DNA of 62,865 nucleotides, counting the filler, from Globobulimina sp. (taxonomy: Eukaryota): assembly GCA_003354225.1 (NCBI GenBank). It is 35 parts of 35 records of this genome, joined end to end, with 100 filler letters (N's around TTAATTAATTAA, not from the genome) between each part and the next. Parts side by side here need not be neighbours in the genome. Positions count along the whole stretch, not along the records: positions 59,370 to 61,067 come from PIVH01012994.1; positions 61,168 to 62,865 come from PIVH01012995.1; 33 more parts are not named here. One strand, 5' to 3'. The notes under the pieces are model-generated. The model searched no databases, was not told where the DNA came from, and worked only from the letters and a program-made list of their open reading frames with translations. Position 1 is the stretch's first letter. Each line of letters opens with the position of its first letter. Below are positions 59,942-62,865 of the stretch, one piece after another. The position numbers and the translations under genes are program-made.

Positions 59942-61060
59942 TCAATTTATTTCCCGTAGTACAGGTCTTGTAATACACGTCGGTCCTCCACCAGTACGAG
60001 CACAAATATCGTCAGCTTGAAACACAGTCACATCCATTCCGTGTAACCGCAGTCGTTTCAATGTTTCAGGATTTCCTTGCATTGCAATCACCTCTCCCGG
60101 CGCAATAGCGAGCGCATTACTGCCCCAACTGTTCCATTCCTCGTCCGGAACATCGATGCTATGAATACCGCAGTCTTCTAAAAATCGAAGGAAAACTACA
60201 GGCACTGCACGTTTATAAACCAACCACATATCATCGCATAACGGACTGCAAACCGATAACAAATGCAAACAACTGCTGGGACCTTCAAAATGAGGCAAAT
60301 GGACATCAACAACTACAATTTCAACACCTGATTCTCTCAAAATCCTACGCAACTCGCATATGCCTTTCGTGTCAGTTCGATATCCATTCCCAACGCAAAG
60401 AGTGTGCTCATTCAACCAAATAAAGTCTCCAGCCTCCAAAAAAGCAGATGTATCCATCTCATGGCCATAATGCGGAACATTGAGTGCTTCGAACATTTCC
60501 ACCATTGGCTGTACCTCACAAACACGACTTGCTTTTGCAAACTGCATCGGAATATATCCGGCGTCATACACAAAGACAGAATCGTGCGTATGGATGGAAT
60601 CGATGGTTGTCGAGTCATCCTGAGGCAGTAATATAGGCTCAATATTCTTGGAACGCAGGATATTTAATAAATGGTCAAATTGTTGACATGCTCTCTTGAA
60701 ATTAGGCTCTGCGACAAACAGACAGTGCTTCCAGTTGTTTGTTAAATGGTTTTGAGAAATAAAAGCTTGTGCTGGGTGTTTCATTATTAACTGTTTTAAA
60801 TGTCCAATGGATGATTGTCCTCCAAATAATTTACGAGCTGCACCGGTTGCAAATGAACGGATGGAATGGTTTCTCAATGATTTGCTATTCTTTTTGACAG
60901 TAAATGTGAATGGATCATTCATAATATTCGAACATAATGAATACATATTTTCGATTCGCATCTGATTTCTATGTGGTAATTTGTTAAAATGTACTTTATT
61001 AAAATATGTTGAACCTTTATACTTTTTGCTGTTTATATGTAATGCTAGAAACAGTTGCAT
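59942..61060 (-). CDS. Amidinotransferase / arginine deiminase / DDAH superfamily enzyme (start uncertain)
   Basis: DSIHTHD, LEAGD, GYRTD, CLHL, GSNAL and GGGPTCITRP. Confidence 0.88.
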   Translation of the reverse strand: MQLFLALHINSKKYKGSTYFNKVHFNKLPHRNQMRIENMYSLCSNIMNDPFTFTVKKNSKSLRNHSIRSFATGAARKLFGGQSSIGHLKQLIMKHPAQAFISQNHLTNNWKHCLFVAEPNFKRACQQFDHLLNILRSKNIEPILLPQDDSTTIDSIHTHDSVFVYDAGYIPMQFAKASRVCEVQPMVEMFEALNVPHYGHEMDTSAFLEAGDFIWLNEHTLCVGNGYRTDTKGICELRRILRESGVEIVVVDVHLPHFEGPSSCLHLLSVCSPLCDDMWLVYKRAVPVVFLRFLEDCGIHSIDVPDEEWNSWGSNALAIAPGEVIAMQGNPETLKRLRLHGMDVTVFQADDICARTGGGPTCITRPVLREIN

Positions 61061-61183
61061 TGTTATANNNNNNNNNNNNNNNNNNNNNNNNNNNNNNNNN
61101 NNNNNNNNNNNTTAATTAATTAANNNNNNNNNNNNNNNNNNNNNNNNNNNNNNNNNNNNNNNNNNNNAGTAGAAGAAAAAGCA

Positions 61184-62497
61184 ATGGCTCAAGTATATGC
61201 TTTGGCGAATAGTGATATCCCCGTTGGACCAATAGCAATTATGCCGGATGTACATTGGGGTAAAGGTTCTGTTGTTGGCGCCGTATTTGCAAACAAAACA
61301 AAAATATGCCCAATGGCAGTCGGTGTAGATATTGGTTGTGGAATGACTGCGATTAAAATGAAGACACTTAAAAAACATCAATTATCGAATAATATTCCAT
61401 TAATGAAACGTATTCAATATAATCTTAAGTCCAAAATCCCAGTCGGATTCAATCATCATCAACGTCTGCAATCCGATGCACATAAATCTGTACATGATAT
61501 TGCCAAAAATGCAGAGAATTGCAATCCATCCAACTGGCTCCATCGATACATATCAAGCAATCAAATAATTGCGCTCCAATTAGGTATATACAATATCACT
61601 GCTTGTGATTAGGAAACAGTTTGATTTCATGTTTGTTTTCATCTCAATTAAGGTACATTGGGCGGAGGTAATCATTTTATTGAAGTACTGCATGAAGATG
61701 TGAATGATTTGCGTCATTCTCCGACACATCGGACACAGCATAGAGTAAAAAGGAAATATGAGCTGGATGGAAATGAAGAAAGTGCAGTTTGGTTAATGCT
61801 CCATAGCGGATCGCGTAGAATTGGAAACCACACAGCTTCGTATTGGGAAGAAGTGGGCAAACAGAAATATACGCGGAGTGGTAAGGATCCATTGCATTGG
61901 CTGCCAATTGATAGTAAGGATGGACAGAGCTATATAAATGATATGAATTGGTGCCAACAGTACGCATATAAGAATAGAGAATTTATGTTGAATGCAATGA
62001 TACAATGCATGGAAGAAGAATGTAAGGCTGAGGCAGATTGGGATACATTTATAAATATACACCATAACCATTGCAGATGCGAAATATGCAATTACGTCGA
62101 TAATAAAACAGGTGATTTCATACAAAATGAGGAATTATGGGTCACTCGAAAGGGTGCAACTAGCGCAGAGTTGGGAGAGGTTGGAATAATACCTGGTAAT
62201 ATGGCGCATGGTAGCTATATTGTGGAAGGGATGGGGAATAGTGAGAGTTGGAAGTCTTGTTCGCATGGAAGTGGAAGGCGAATGGGCAGGAATCAAGCTA
62301 AAAAAAACATTTTACAAAAAGATTTTCTTAAACAATTGGATGATGCAAAGTTAATTTGTGATAGAGATTCGAGATTACGAGATGAAGCACCACAGGCATA
62401 TAAGGATTTGCATGAGGTTATTAATGCACAAGTTGATGCTGGTATTGTTAAAATAAAACACAGATTATTACCTCTTGTTAATGTTAAAGGTTTTTGA
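61184..62497 (+). CDS. rtcB: RtcB-family RNA ligase, bacterial (E. coli-like) type; intron 61584-61652
   Basis: MPDVHWGKG, VGVDIGCGM, QLG|TLGGGNHFIE, LHSGSR, HHN, TRKGA, SCSHGSGR and DEAPQAYK. Confidence 0.95.
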
Positions 62498-62515
62498 GTC
62501 CACACTCTGTAGTTT

Positions 62516-62865
62516 TTAAAAATCATCTTTTGCTTTTCTGATGGCAGCAAATACGTCAACATCCGATGTATCTTTATTCATTCCCAAATTGCTCCTAATT
62601 TCCAGTGAATCCGTTCTTAAAAATGGATTTGTTTTTAACTCGTCTTCCCATTTCGATGGCACTGTCCATTCCAGATTGCTTCTTTGAATCTGTACTGTTT
62701 TATATCTTTGTTGCAAATCTTTGTTTCCAGGCTCTAAACTTATTGCAAATCGTGCATTATTTAATGTATATTCATGCGCACAAAACATAATTGTATCATT
62801 ATTACATTTTGATTTTATTTTATTGATTGAGTCAAACATTTGTTTTGGAGTTCCTTCAAATACCC
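62516..62865 (-). CDS. Hydroxyacylglutathione hydrolase (glyoxalase II), C-terminal part
   Basis: FCAHEYTLNNARFA, TVPS...E..TNPFLR and FAAIRKAKDDF. Confidence 0.93.
   Translation of the reverse strand, partial: VFEGTPKQMFDSINKIKSKCNNDTIMFCAHEYTLNNARFAISLEPGNKDLQQRYKTVQIQRSNLEWTVPSKWEDELKTNPFLRTDSLEIRSNLGMNKDTSDVDVFAAIRKAKDDF

Noticed and set aside
1702-61167. Regularly spaced TTAATTAATTAA repeats as a CRISPR-like or biological array
   Set aside because: They are embedded in N runs with fixed geometry and are artificial linkers.
40618-62497. Functional linkage of the split tRNA with RtcB
   Set aside because: They are on different contigs, so co-occurrence in this window is arbitrary.

Overview
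This is not one locus. It is a concatenation of 35 unrelated contigs of about 1.7 kb, joined by artificial N44-TTAATTAATTAA-N44 linkers, so adjacency across linkers means nothing. About 32 contigs come from an AT-rich protist with short GT-AG introns (roughly 53-125 nt), tiny intergenic gaps and many broken genes. A foraminiferan or other rhizarian origin is my inference from gene style only. Recognisable eukaryotic genes: SAP18, eIF3m, CAND1, RPL32, peroxisomal thiolase, BASS and VIT1 transporters, TMEM87/GPR107-like, SET, MRH, RCC1, RtcB and glyoxalase II. There is also a LINE fragment and a pogo transposase fragment. One contig is bacterial (mpl) and two are phage. Best leads: (1) a frequent class of GTT[TAG]AG(T) 5' splice sites that look shifted by one register; (2) an in-phase G_GGA_AAC -1 slippery site at a LINE ORF1/ORF2 junction; (3) a tRNA split by a 152-nt insert, with an apparent U19-A56 compensatory pair; (4) a spliced RelA/SpoT-like nucleotidyltransferase-ankyrin fusion; (5) NUMOD4 and LOTUS proteins with mitochondrial-type presequences; (6) a bacterial-type RtcB carrying an intron. 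All calls are from manual reading; no database searches were run.
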